Shown: piece by piece, positions 26,129 through 37,319 of the stretch | Numbering within the stretch: the stretch's first letter is position 1 | How the letters are laid out: each line of letters begins with the position of its first letter | Assembly (NCBI RefSeq): GCF_006345805.1 | Contig: NC_043018.1 | Location: 3,596,001-3,660,000, forward strand | Reading direction: 5' to 3' | DNA: 64,000 nucleotides | Source: Octopus sinensis | Lineage: Eukaryota | Notes under the pieces: generated by a model | What the model saw: the letters and a program-made list of their open reading frames with translations, nothing else | The model's database searches: none | What the model was told of the DNA's origin: nothing | Made by a program: the position numbers and the translations under genes

Positions 26129-26431
26129 GCAATGGCCCAGTGGTTAGGGCAGCGGACTCGCGGTCGTAGGATCGCGGTTTCGATTCCCAGACCGGGCGTT
26201 GTGAGTGTTTATTGAACGAAAACACATAAAGCTCCACGAGGCTCTGGCAGTGGGTGGTGGCGATCCCTGCTGTACTCTTTCGCCACAACTTTCCCTCACT
26301 CTTTCTTCTGTTGGCCTGCTCGCTTAGCCCACGGGGTGGCGTCATTTGAAGGCTAATACAATGTGAAATGCATTGTGACCAGCGATGTGTAGTAACATGT
26401 GATAACCTGGTCGGTCACAGTGATCACGGTG
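26129..26431 (+). mobile_element. tRNA-derived SINE with a 10-bp target-site duplication
   Basis: Head TGGCCCAGTGGTTAGGGCAGCGG...GGTTTCGATTCCC (same head as 9540-9659 on minus); ATAGGATGGC duplicated at 26119-26128 and 26432-26441. Confidence 0.8.
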
Positions 26432-26743
26432 ATAGGATGGCATATGCCAGTTACTTATTTAAGACAGTTAAGTGTGACTTGAGGAGTATTTCCCTAGTGT
26501 TTTTATCAGTTCCCTTGTAAGGGTTTCGTTGTGGTCCTTAATGTGCCAGATCAGTCCTGATCCAGTAAACTTTAGATTGAAGGTGTTTCAGCTGTGGTTT
26601 ATCTAGGACTACATTATCTCATGTGTTCTTTTCCCAAGATGGTGTGATTTGAGGGAGATTTGGCTATTATTTTGGGCTTGTCAAGTGACTATACATCAGG
26701 CCCCATTTGTTAGCCAATCATCGTTGTTTCCTTTTATTTGCAG

Positions 26744-26818
26744 GTGGTTCTCGTGGCCACAGTAGACCTGGATGATGTTGTCAGCTACCGAAATCAGACT
26801 AAAAGTTTCTGCTTAACG
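26744..26818 (+). CDS. NADSYN1: NADSYN1 exon 9
   Basis: VVLVATVDLDDVVSYRNQTKSFCLT; CAG/GTAAGT. Confidence 0.95.
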
Positions 26819-26994
26819 GTAAGTCCTAAGTTATCACTTTTATAAAATCATTTTAATGACTGTATTTTTAATGATGAAAGTGGTGAGCTGGTAGAATATA
26901 ATTCTACCAGCACACTGGTCAAGACACTAAGCAGCATTTCGTCCGTCTTTAAATTCTGTGTTCAAATTCCACCAAAGTTAAGTTAAGTTAATTT

Positions 26995-27190
26995 TTTGGC
27001 TCAAAAAGCAAAAAGCAAGGCCATTTATGGGGACATGGAGTTATGTACAGGGAGGGTGTTCATGCAAAGAGTTCAGGCCATTTCTGGTCAAGAGAGACTT
27101 TGAACCGAGCGGTCATCGGCATCTTCACTATCTCATCCGGCAGCTTATTCCACAGATCCGCAACCTGGACGGAGAAAGCCCCTCTCCTTC
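26995..27190 (-). mobile_element. 5'-truncated CR1-type LINE 3' end (different family)
   Basis: Minus-strand FSVQVADLWNKLPDEIVKMPMTARFKVSLDQKWPELFA* matches the CR1 ORF2 C-terminal WN.LP...FK..LD motif. Confidence 0.65.
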
Positions 27191-28127
27191 GATTGAGATG
27201 AAATCGTCGCAGATAGAGCTTTTCGAGTTGATCTTAGCCTTTCATCTTTTCAGAGGTCAATCGAATAAGTACCAATTGAGTGTTGGGGTCAATGTAATCG
27301 ACAGGGCCCTCTCCCTTAAAATTTAAGCTTTGCGACCAAGATTTGAAGCCAATATATTTATAACGATGATGATGATGGTGGTGGGGAACTGGCAGATTCC
27401 TTTAACACACAGAGGGAAATGCTTAATGGCCTTTCATCTGTTTTTGCATTCCGAGTTCAAATTCCACTGAGGTTGACTTTACCTTTAATCCTTTTGGGGT
27501 AAATAAAATAAGCACCAGTTGAACACTGGGGTCAATTTAATCAACTTGACCCCTCCCCTAAAAAACTGCTGGCCTTGTGCTAAAATTTGAAGCCAATATA
27601 TAGATATATATATTTCTGTTTCTGTCCTCTTTCTTGTTACCACTTTCTCCCTCTCTCTCTCTCTCTCTGTCTTTCCCTCTCACTTCTTTCTCTCTCTCTC
27701 TCTCCCTTCCATTCTCCCTCTCTCTCTCTCTCTCTGTCTTTCCCTCTCACTTCTTTCTCTCTCTCTCTCTCCCTTCCATTCTCCCTCTCTCTTCTTTTCT
27801 CTCTCTCTCTCTCCCTCTCTCTTCCTAAGTTACTTGGTGACCCTATCAGTGCAGGTGCCACTTAAAAGGCATCCAGTCCACACTCTCAGAGTGGTTGGCA
27901 TTTGGAAGGGCATCCAGCTGTAAAAGCCATTCCAAAACAGATACAGAAGCCTCATATAGTGTTCTGCTTGGTTGACTCCAGTCAAACCATCCAAATCTTG
28001 CCAGCATGGAAGACAGATGTTAAATAATGATGATGATGATGGTCAACTGCTTGGGGATGTTTTTCTTATCATTTAAAAGCTGAACTTCTTATTTTAGTTT
28101 ATTCCTTCTTTCATTTCTTATACATAA

Positions 28128-28642
28128 ACTAGCAGTATCGCCCGGCGTTGCTCGGGTTTGTAAGGGAAATAACTATATAAGCATTTTTAGAGAGTTACTT
28201 CCCTTATAGATGCCAATTCGGGCTTTCTTAGCCATTTCTGTTTTGGTGTCTTCAAGCCATGAAGTCGTTGTTCTAAAAGAACGCTGGTCTCCTTGACAAC
28301 GCTTTACGACGTTGATTTCTTTACAATCCCTTCCCCACAGCTTCACGAGGGAGGGAAGAAGGGGGAGAAGCAAACAGGTGCAGGTGTGACCATGGACGCC
28401 AACTCCGCCGCCATCGACACACGAAAAATTATGCATTAAAATGGAATAAAAAATGATGTTAAATTTTTTTTTAAATCGTAGACTCATTGTAGACACGCGC
28501 TAATACTCAGACGGGCTCAATATGAATCACAACTATAAGATACCCGAATTTGGTTAAACTGCACCACAAAATGTGGGAGTAGTTAGGAATCTAAATCGAA
28601 GGGGACAGACACTCACACAACTAGAGTTTTATATATATAGAT
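28128..28642 (+). mobile_element. Non-autonomous Helentron/DINE-1-like element
   Basis: 5' ACTAGCAGTATCGCCCGGCGTTGCTCGGG (CTAG plus CCCG...CGGG hairpin); 3' GTAGTTAGG...CAGACAC...TTTTATATATATAGAT. Confidence 0.6.
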
Positions 28643-29162
28643 GTGCATGTATGTGTGTGAGTACGTGTGTGTGTGTGTGTGTGGCTTAATGGTTAAGGTG
28701 TGGCCCTCATGGTCATGCGGAGGCACATGGCTTAGTGGTTTGAGTGTTGGAATCATGATCATAAGATTGTGGTTTCGATTCCTCTACTGGGCAATGCATT
28801 GTGACCTTGAGCAAGACACTTCATTCCACATTGCTCCACTCCACTCAGCTGGCAAAGATGAATGATCCTGCAATGGACCAGCATCCCTTCCAGGGACAAT
28901 GCAACTTTTCGCTATCCTAAAAACAAAGTCCAAGAATGCTTCCATCAATGGAAACATCCCTGGATAAAGTGAGTGGCTTCAGAAGAGGATTACTTCAAAG
29001 GAGATTAAATGCCAAATTAATGTCTCTTGAAGTTTTTCTTTTTATTGCTCCACTCCCTTTTCAATCAGATTTTATCTCAGACAATCCTACAGCTTCATGT
29101 CATGTAATGGTGTATATACATTTAGATGGCAATAAGAATTTCTCTTATTTTCAGAGTCATTT

Positions 29163-29322
29163 GTTCATTATTTACATTATTACATTATTTACATTCAACG
29201 GATATTTTGTCCTCATCTTGTTTGTTGCTAACACAATGTTTTGGCTGATATACCCCCCAGCCTTCATCAGGTGCCTTGGGGAAATTTCGAACCTGGGTAC
29301 TCATTCCTAAGGTATTTTTCTA

Positions 29323-29396
<74 letters not shown>

Positions 29397-29647
29397 TCAC
29401 TGCCTGGAATCAAACTCAGAATCTTGGGATTAGTAGCCTGCGCTCTTAACCACTATACTATATGCTCATGGGCATACCTTAGGAATGAGGACCCAGGTTC
29501 AAAATTTCCCCAAGACACCTGATGAAGGCTGAAGGGTATATCAGCCGAAACATCTTGTTAACAACAAACAAGATGAGGACAAATATCCGTCAAATGTAAA
29601 TAATGTAAATAATGCAAATAATTGCTCATCTCTTAAATTTAGAACTG
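29163..29647. mobile_element. Inverted pair of hammerhead-bearing Penelope-like termini flanking a tRNA-like head and (AAT)n
   Basis: Arms 29163-29314 and 29475-29647 are inverted copies. Each carries CTGATGA-A-GGCTG...CAGCC-(G/A)AAAC. The loop holds (ATT)n and a minus-strand tRNA-like head at 29392-29474. Confidence 0.8.
29514..29559 (+). ncRNA. Hammerhead-like motif (degenerate at stem III)
   Basis: GACAC-CTGATGA(29519-25)-A-GGCTGA/TCAGCC stem II-GAAAC(29547-51)-ATC-TTGTT. Confidence 0.55.
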
Positions 29648-29703
29648 CAGAGTCATTTGTTGTCTTTCCTTTTATTGTCTTCTGTCGTTTGCTTTGTCAA
29701 CAG

Positions 29704-29822
29704 GCTTCAAACCATGAAAGCTTTCCCCAGGTTCAACTCCCTATTTCATTCTCCACTAACAAGTTTGCCAGGACAAAGGAGCCAATAGAATGGCAGTACC
29801 ACACACCTGAAGAAGAAATAAG
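29704..29822 (+). CDS. NADSYN1: NADSYN1 exon 10
   Basis: ASNHESFPQVQLPISFSTNKFARTKEPIEWQYHTPEEEI; CAG/GTGGGC. Confidence 0.93.
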
Positions 29823-31467
29823 GTGGGCCTTATAAATCATTTGCCCTTTTTCTCCTCCCTTTACTGATTTCTAGTCTTTTCTTGACCAAATCTCTGAGAA
29901 AGTTCTTTGATTGCATAATTCAGTAATTTTGAAAAAAAAATGAAGAATTTACAGAGATTGACCCTTTAGCACTCAGATTACTCTGCCAAGCGTGATGCTT
30001 ATTTATTTATATTGTCCTTAATCCTTTTGAGACACACAATGTTTTGGTAGGCAAATCTAAAAGGACCAAAATTTTTTTCCTGTTGAGATACATCTACTGA
30101 AAGACCGTCTCTGATTAGCTATTACACCTCAAAACCAACCATTCACAACGTTTGTTCCATCAGGCCGATGGATTGGCCTCAAAGACCTTTCAGCTTGTAT
30201 CACTTGGGCTGATCAATCAACCTGGGTGTTCCAGGAGGGTTAATTAATCATGGATTATCTCACAGTTTCAAGATTTTGATGATGTGATTGTCTATTTTTA
30301 GAAGTACATTGTAGGGTAAGTGTGAGAAGCCAGATCTGGCCAGTTTGGTTCAAATGCTTAAATCAGTAATTCCCAATGTGGGACCATATTCCCCAGCAGT
30401 GGGACATGGGATCCAAAACATGTTTCATTTTCTTTTTTAGTGAGACTTGGAATTGTCAAGATCTTTTCTGGGTTTTTTTCCTAGTAATATATTTTCTTTT
30501 TTTATTCTCAGTATTTTCTTTTGTACTCAGTACTTAATAAAAGAGTTTTGGTGATAAAACTTTAAAAATAAAGTTGTTTTCCACCCACCAGTGGAGCATA
30601 CATTTTACTGGAAATTTATAGTGGGGTCTTGGGGAAAATAGACTGCAAAACACTAGATTAAATAAAATGACCTTTTTTATTAAGCTGGTGTTGGAACATA
30701 ACCATAAAGTCTTATCCATTAATTGTAATGGAAGGTTTTAATCGACTCTTTGTATCTTTTATGTTTTACTCGCTTCAATCATTGGATGGCAGCCATGCTG
30801 GGGCTTCGGCTGAAATGGTTTTGTCAAGCAAGTTGAATGCCTTATTTAATTTATGTTTGGCACTTATTTAGTCAGCCTCTTTTGCTGAACTGTTAAGTTT
30901 CATGACCATAAACAAACCCACACTGGTTATCAAGCAGTGCTAAGGGATAAATGTAAGTGCACACGCACACGCAAACACACACACACACACACACACATGG
31001 TGCCCCAGCATAACCACAATTCAATGACTGATATAAATAAAAGAATAATAAAGTGTGTGTATGCATACATATATATATATATATGTATGTGTATATATAT
31101 GTGTGTGTGTGCATGTATGTGTGTATGTATGTATGTGCATATATGTATATTTATATACACATATATGTGTGTGTGTGTGAGAGAGAGAGGCTTCCACACA
31201 GTTTCCCCTATCAAATTGACTCACAAGGCATTTGTCTGAACCTGAGGCCATGTGCTTGCAAAACAAACTGCTTCCTAATTGCCTGGCCATGCCTGTTCCC
31301 ACTTGCAAAGTTTAACAAAATAAATCAACCGCAATTCTTATTTTTAATCTGGTGCACATTCCATTCCATCAGTTATTTCCTTTCTTTTACAGAAATTTGA
31401 TTATTAATTTTTTTTTTGTTTTCTTTTGCATTTTTTTTTTTTCATCTTCATTTGATTTCTAATCCAG

Positions 31468-31619
31468 CTTGGGTCCAGCTTGTTGGCTCTGGGACTATGT
31501 GAGACGTTCTGGAATGAATGGATTCTTCTTGCCCCTGAGTGGGGGAATAGACAGTTCGAGTGTTGCCTGTATAGTGCACTCAATGTGTCGTTTGGTGCAC
31601 GAAGCAGTCGTCAATAAAG
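31468..31619 (+). CDS. NADSYN1: NADSYN1 exon 11
   Basis: (S)[50 protein letters not shown]; PP-loop SGGIDS; CAG/GTGTGT. Confidence 0.95.
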
Positions 31620-31983
31620 GTGTGTATTGTATGTTTTGTTTGCAACTTTCAAAAGCAACGTTTGTTCTCTACGAGAATTGTCATAAAAATTTTCAACAAA
31701 AGGCCTCAAAGCTGCTTAACTGGGACAACCACATTTTATTACACTGTAGTGTACACAGGCACGTACACATATACATCATCATCATCATCATCATCGATTT
31801 AATGTACTTTCTTCCATGCTGATTTGTGTCAGTCAGTGGGAGACAGCATGGGTAAGCAATGCATTGTAAGCGAAACTATAATTTGCAAAAAAAATTTCTG
31901 CCGTACTGGGTATGCATCACCCCTCCGATGCCTTCTTTTTCATTATATATACATGTGCATTTTAACATGCATGTATATATATG

Positions 31984-32045
<62 letters not shown>

Positions 32046-32894
32046 AAGGGCATCCAGCCGTAGAAATACTGCCAGATCTGACTGGGCCTGACAAAGCCTT
32101 CCAACTTCACGGACCCCTGTTGACCCGTCCAACCATGCTAGCATGGAAAGCAGACGCTAAATGATGATGATGATGATGATGATATATATATTTATATATA
32201 TACATATATTGGAAGTTGTTAGTTTGGGCTAGTCAGAGAGTGACCATTAGTTTTGCACTTAGAAAGCTTTTTGCTATACTAACAGCAGACTTGTTAGCCG
32301 GAGATACATAACACCTTTACAACTGGAGTAAGGAACACACCAAGATTATAAACAAAAAAAATCCCAGAACAAAATTTTACTGGTGATAAATGTGCATCAG
32401 AGGAAATTCATGTTGGAAACTTGGAGTGCCCCATTTGCTGACTAGAAAAAAGCAATTGTCTTAACACTGACCTGTTTTAGATGCAACCCGAACGAATCTA
32501 AGGGGGATAACTCCACCTCACCCAGATTTGTTGCCAGTAGAATTTCATTCAGAGATTTGTTTTGCTTACAACCTTAAGTGACCAAGACGTGTCCCTTCCT
32601 CCTGTTGTAGAGAGGTGATGTACCTCCAGCCAATGAGTCTGATAAGTCACCCTTACAGCTAAGCGCTATATAGGTGCAGAACCAATAGTCAATCTGTGAC
32701 CAGCCACAAACAATCTTTTAATTATTACTGCTCTGATATTTAAGAGTGTGCTTCTTTTCAGATATATGAACGGCTGACTGACTGACTGGGGCCAGGTTGT
32801 CGGCAGTTAAAGTCCTTACCATTCAGCCACATCTGCACCTATCAGCCTCTTTTTATTTATTTTATTGTGTTATTATTATTTTTTCTTTTTGCAG

Positions 32895-33060
32895 ATGCTA
32901 CTGTTATTGAAGATCTGAAGAGGGTTTTAAATTCTGACCAGATACCAGACACACCGGAAGCACTTGCGAATCAGTTGCTCACCACATGTTACATGGGCTC
33001 ATCAAACAGCTCAGATGAGACTCAACAGAGAGCCTCAGAACTTGCGGGTCAAATTGGAAG
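32895..33060 (+). CDS. NADSYN1: NADSYN1 exon 12
   Basis: (D)ATVIEDLKRVLNSDQIPDTPEALANQLLTTCYMGSSNSSDETQQRASELAGQIG; CAG/GTCAGT. Confidence 0.95.
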
Positions 33061-34245
33061 GTCAGTGCCTACAAGCAAACACATACATTTAGATACACAC
33101 ACACATACACACACAAGCACACACACAAATGTATGCAAACATACACACATATTTTGGGTGTTAATCCTTGCATTGCAATCAGCTTGGTTCCCTGAGGCAT
33201 TCAGGAAACTTCTATGTGGTCGCTTGACCTGCTAAAACTAGCAGCTAAATCTCTCTCATCAGTTTACAATCTGCTGTGCAAACATGTTCAAAGTAGGGGA
33301 GAGTATTATGTTGCTTTAGAAACTTGCAAAGCAAGGGTTGGTGACAGGAAGAGCATCCAGCTGTAGAAAATTTGTCTCAGCTGTTTGACCCATGTGAGCA
33401 TGGAAAAGTAAACATTAAAATGAGAATACACACACATATATATACACGTACACATATACACGTACACAAACACACATATGACATGACAGGCTTCTCTCAG
33501 TTTCCATCTATAAATCCATTCATAAGGCTTTGGTAGGCCTGACTTATAGCAGAAGACACTTGCCCAAGATGCCACACAGCGGGACTGAACCCCAAACCAT
33601 GTGGTTGGGAAGCAAACTTCTTACCACACAACCCATGCCTACACCTGTATATATATATATATATATATACTTAATTTTTGTATTTGGTTTGCAAGATGCT
33701 TTATGTGAATTCAAGTGTTGAAGCATATATTGAAGAGGTTGCAAGAAGCAATGAAAGTTTTACGAAAAAAATTAAATAAGTAAATGAGTGGAAATCAAAC
33801 CAATGAGTGTGTTAATTAATAAGGCATTAAGGCAGAATGACTCTCTGCAGACACAACAATATATACATATAAAAACACTGGTGCTGGTACTACCTAAAAA
33901 GCACTTGTGATGGGGGCCATGTAAATAGTACCCTGTACACTTTGTAAAGTAGCTGGCATTTGGAAGGGCATTCAGCTGTTGAAACCAAGCCAAAACCAGG
34001 CTATGGAACCTGGTGCAGCCACTGGCCTTTCCAGCTCTTGTCAAGCCAGCATGGAAAATGGATGTTAAATGATGATGATGAAGATGATGATGGCTTGGTA
34101 TGCGATATGCAGTTATCATTTGATGTGAGATCTTCATTTAACCAGTCTATCTGGTGATGGTTCCCTTGACCATTTAATGAAAATATTCTGTTATTGTCAG
34201 TCATGTATTTAGTTTATTGTCTTTCATAATATTGATATTTTTCAG

Positions 34246-34381
34246 TTACCACCTGAAAATCAGCATCCAGACCATTGTCGACACGATGCTGGCTGTGTTC
34301 ATAGCTACCATGTCAATGACACCTAAGTTTAAAAAGTTTGGTGGGACTTATCGGGAAAACCAGGCTTTACAGAATGTTCAG
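34246..34381 (+). CDS. NADSYN1: NADSYN1 exon 13
   Basis: (S)YHLKISIQTIVDTMLAVFIATMSMTPKFKKFGGTYRENQALQNVQ; CAG/GTAAGG. Confidence 0.95.
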
Positions 34382-34655
34382 GTAAGGGACAGAAACTAAA
34401 CCTTAGGGATATAAGGGACAAAAATTGTTTCAAAGGATGAAAATTGATAGATAAAAAATAATTGAGAGCTATCAAGTGTTTAGGATGAAAAATCAGGCAA
34501 GGGATAAGAAAATTGTTGAAATGGTTAAAGGGTTAAAAAGGCAATGGGGTGTAAATGTGGCTGTGAGGGTGAGAAGTTTCCTTCCTTACTTCATGGTTTT
34601 CAGTTCAATCCAGCTGTTGGCACATTAGACAGGACTTGTGACTGACCACTAAAAA

Positions 34656-34821
34656 CACTGCATTTTAATGTGTATAAGGGACCCTTTTTTGTCAAAAATT
34701 AGGTTTAAAAAATACAGGTGTTTCTTATACATGGATAGTATTATAATCCCTTACAAAACCTTTTTTCCAAATTTTAAATGCCCAAAATTAGGGAGTTCCT
34801 TATACATGTTAAAATATGGTA
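34656..34821. mobile_element. Tc1/mariner (pogo/Tigger-like) MITE remnant
   Basis: Imperfect TIRs CACTGCATTTTAATGTGTATAAGG / CCTTATACATGTTAAAATATGGTA. Confidence 0.45.
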
Positions 34822-35504
34822 ATTTCCTTGGTTTGGTCTGAAGTTTGACTCAACGTCATCGTTAGTCAACCTGAGCTATCATAGAAGACACTTGCTTACG
34901 GTGCTGCACTCTGGAATTGAACTCAGAACCACTCAGCTATTTTATTCAACATATTAACCATTCATCATTTTCACATTTACCAAGAACTCAACATGCTAAC
35001 AATTAAATCAACCCGTTCACCTTTAATGGTTAACACGTAACCATTAACTCAATATGCTAACCAGTCATCTTATTCCATGTTCACCAGTAACTGAACATGT
35101 TCACCATTAATTCATCATATAAATTATTTATTCAACATGGTAAACCAGTGATTCCCAATGTTGGCCATATGCCCCACTGGTGGGACCTGAGAAAATTTTG
35201 GTAGGGCGTGGGATCCAAAATTTTTTTTGTTTTTTTTTTAGTGGGACATGGAATTGTGGAATTCTTATTTTTTTCACAGCAAACACGCTACACATATATA
35301 GGTTTTTCCAACCAATGATGGAACATACATTTTTTTAGAAACTTACAGTGGAGCCTGTAGGAAAATAGGCTGGGAAACAGAGTTAGAAAAAATGTTTTAG
35401 TGAAAACCCAACATGTTGAGTGTTCATTAAAGCATTTCGTTCCTTCTTTCTGTAATTATCTTTCTCCTGCTAATTACAAACCCTTTTTAATCTTTTGAAA
35501 TCAG

Positions 35505-35611
35505 GCTCGGATCAGGATGGTACTAGCATATTTATTTGCCCAACTGACTCTCTGGGCACGGGGTAAACCTGGAACTCTCCTCGTCCTTGGTTCAGCAAAC
35601 ATAGACGAAAG
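35505..35611 (+). CDS. NADSYN1: NADSYN1 exon 14
   Basis: [35 protein letters not shown]; CAG/GTAAAT. Confidence 0.95.
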
Positions 35612-36332
35612 GTAAATTTCGAATTTCCCTCTTCTAAAATGTCCATTCTTCAAATTAAATCATTTTTATCAGAACAACAGTGGAGTGGCAGCACCTGTAG
35701 AGAGAGGAACAGCAAAATACATCACTGAATTTGGATATGGTTCTTTATCATCTTTATCAAGGTATTCTTTGTTGTTTGGGTTGATGTTTCAAAGCTGGAT
35801 GCTCTTCCTGTTACTAACACTTTCAGTTTCCTCTTACAGCATGAAGGGATACAGTGTTGCTATTCTAAAACAAGGATACACACAGTAATAAGAATAATCA
35901 GAGCATCAGGGAAAATGCTTTACAATATAGTTCTGGCTTTTTTCATTCTAAGTTTGAATCCCACCTGTATCAATTTTGCCTGTCATTCTTTCTGAGCTGA
36001 GAAAATAAAATACCAGTTAACTACTGGGGCTGATGGTATCAACTAACATGCACCCACTAAAAAAAAACTGTTGTCTTGGTGCCTAAATAAACCAGAACCA
36101 ATAACAACAACAATAATAATTCTTTGTACTAAAGGCATAAGGTCCGAAATTTGGGGGGAGGGAACTAGTCAATTATATTGACCCCAGTGTGTAACTGGTA
36201 CTTATTTCATCGACCCCAAAAAGGTGAAAGGCAAAGTCGACCTTGGTGGAATTTGAACTCACAACGTGAAAACAACCGAAATAATGCCAAGCATTTCACC
36301 CGGTCTGCTAATGATTCTGGCAGCTCACAGCC

Positions 36333-36366
<34 letters not shown>

Positions 36367-36647
36367 TTATAATAATAATGATAATGATAATCATCATCAT
36401 CATCATCATCATCGTTTAACGTCCGTTTTCCGCGCTAGCACGGGTTGGACGGTTTCGACCGGGGTCTGGGGAGCTCGGGACTGCCCCAGGCTCCAGTCTA
36501 GTCTGGCAGTGTTTCTACAGCTGGATGCCCTTCCTAACGCCAACCACTCCGCGAGTGTAGTGGGTGTTTTTTACGTGCCACCTGCACAGGTGCCAGAGGG
36601 GTCTGGCATCGGCCACGTTCGGATGGTGCTTTTTATGGGGGGGGTGT

Positions 36648-37239
36648 AGAAATATAGGGGAGCAACAGTGGGAGGGGTGGTTCAGAGGACAGGTACTAGT
36701 CAAGTAGAACGTAGGATATCGAGAGAGGGGTAATGCATGGTGAAATAGCGTATTGAAGAGGGGGGTTCAAAGAGTAGACACCTATAATGGTGGTGGGGGG
36801 TGCAGAAATATAGGGGAGCAGCGTATTGAAGAGGGGGGTTCAAAGAGTAGACACCTATAATGGTGGTGGGGGTGCAGAAATATAGGGGAGCACCAGTGGG
36901 AGGGGTGGGCACCAGTGGGAGGGGTGGGCACCAGTGGGAGGGGTGGTTCAGAGGACAGGTTCTAGGCAAGTAGAACGTAGGATATCGAGAGAGGGGTAAT
37001 GCATGGTGAAATAGCGTATTGAAGAGGGGGGTTCAAAGAGTAGACACCTATAATGGTGGTGGGGGGATGCAGAAATATAGGGGAGCACCAGTGGGAGGGG
37101 TGAGCACCAGTGGGAGGGGTGGTCCAGAGGACAGGTTCTAGGCAAGTAGAACGTAGGATATCGAGAGAGGGGTAATGCATGGTGAAATAGCGTATTGAAG
37201 AGGGGGGTTCAAAGAGTAGACACCTATAATGGTGGTGGG
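36648..37239. repeat. G-rich VNTR, 4 units (156, 72, 195 and ~170 bp)
   Basis: Anchor AGAAATATAGGGG at 36648, 36804, 36876 and 37071; internal CACCAGTGGGAGGGGTGG sub-repeat present 0-3 times per unit. Confidence 0.9.
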
Positions 37240-37319
37240 AGAGAAAACGACATCCGGTATAGTTGGAGCAAAATAGAGATATCCGGTATTGGTGGTGGGG
37301 GTGGGTAGGGCGGGCGCGC

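Noticed and set aside
26122-26195. tRNA genes here and at 3238-3305 and 29392-29474
   Set aside because: They have A/B boxes but no complete cloverleaf or acceptor stem, and they run into SINE bodies.
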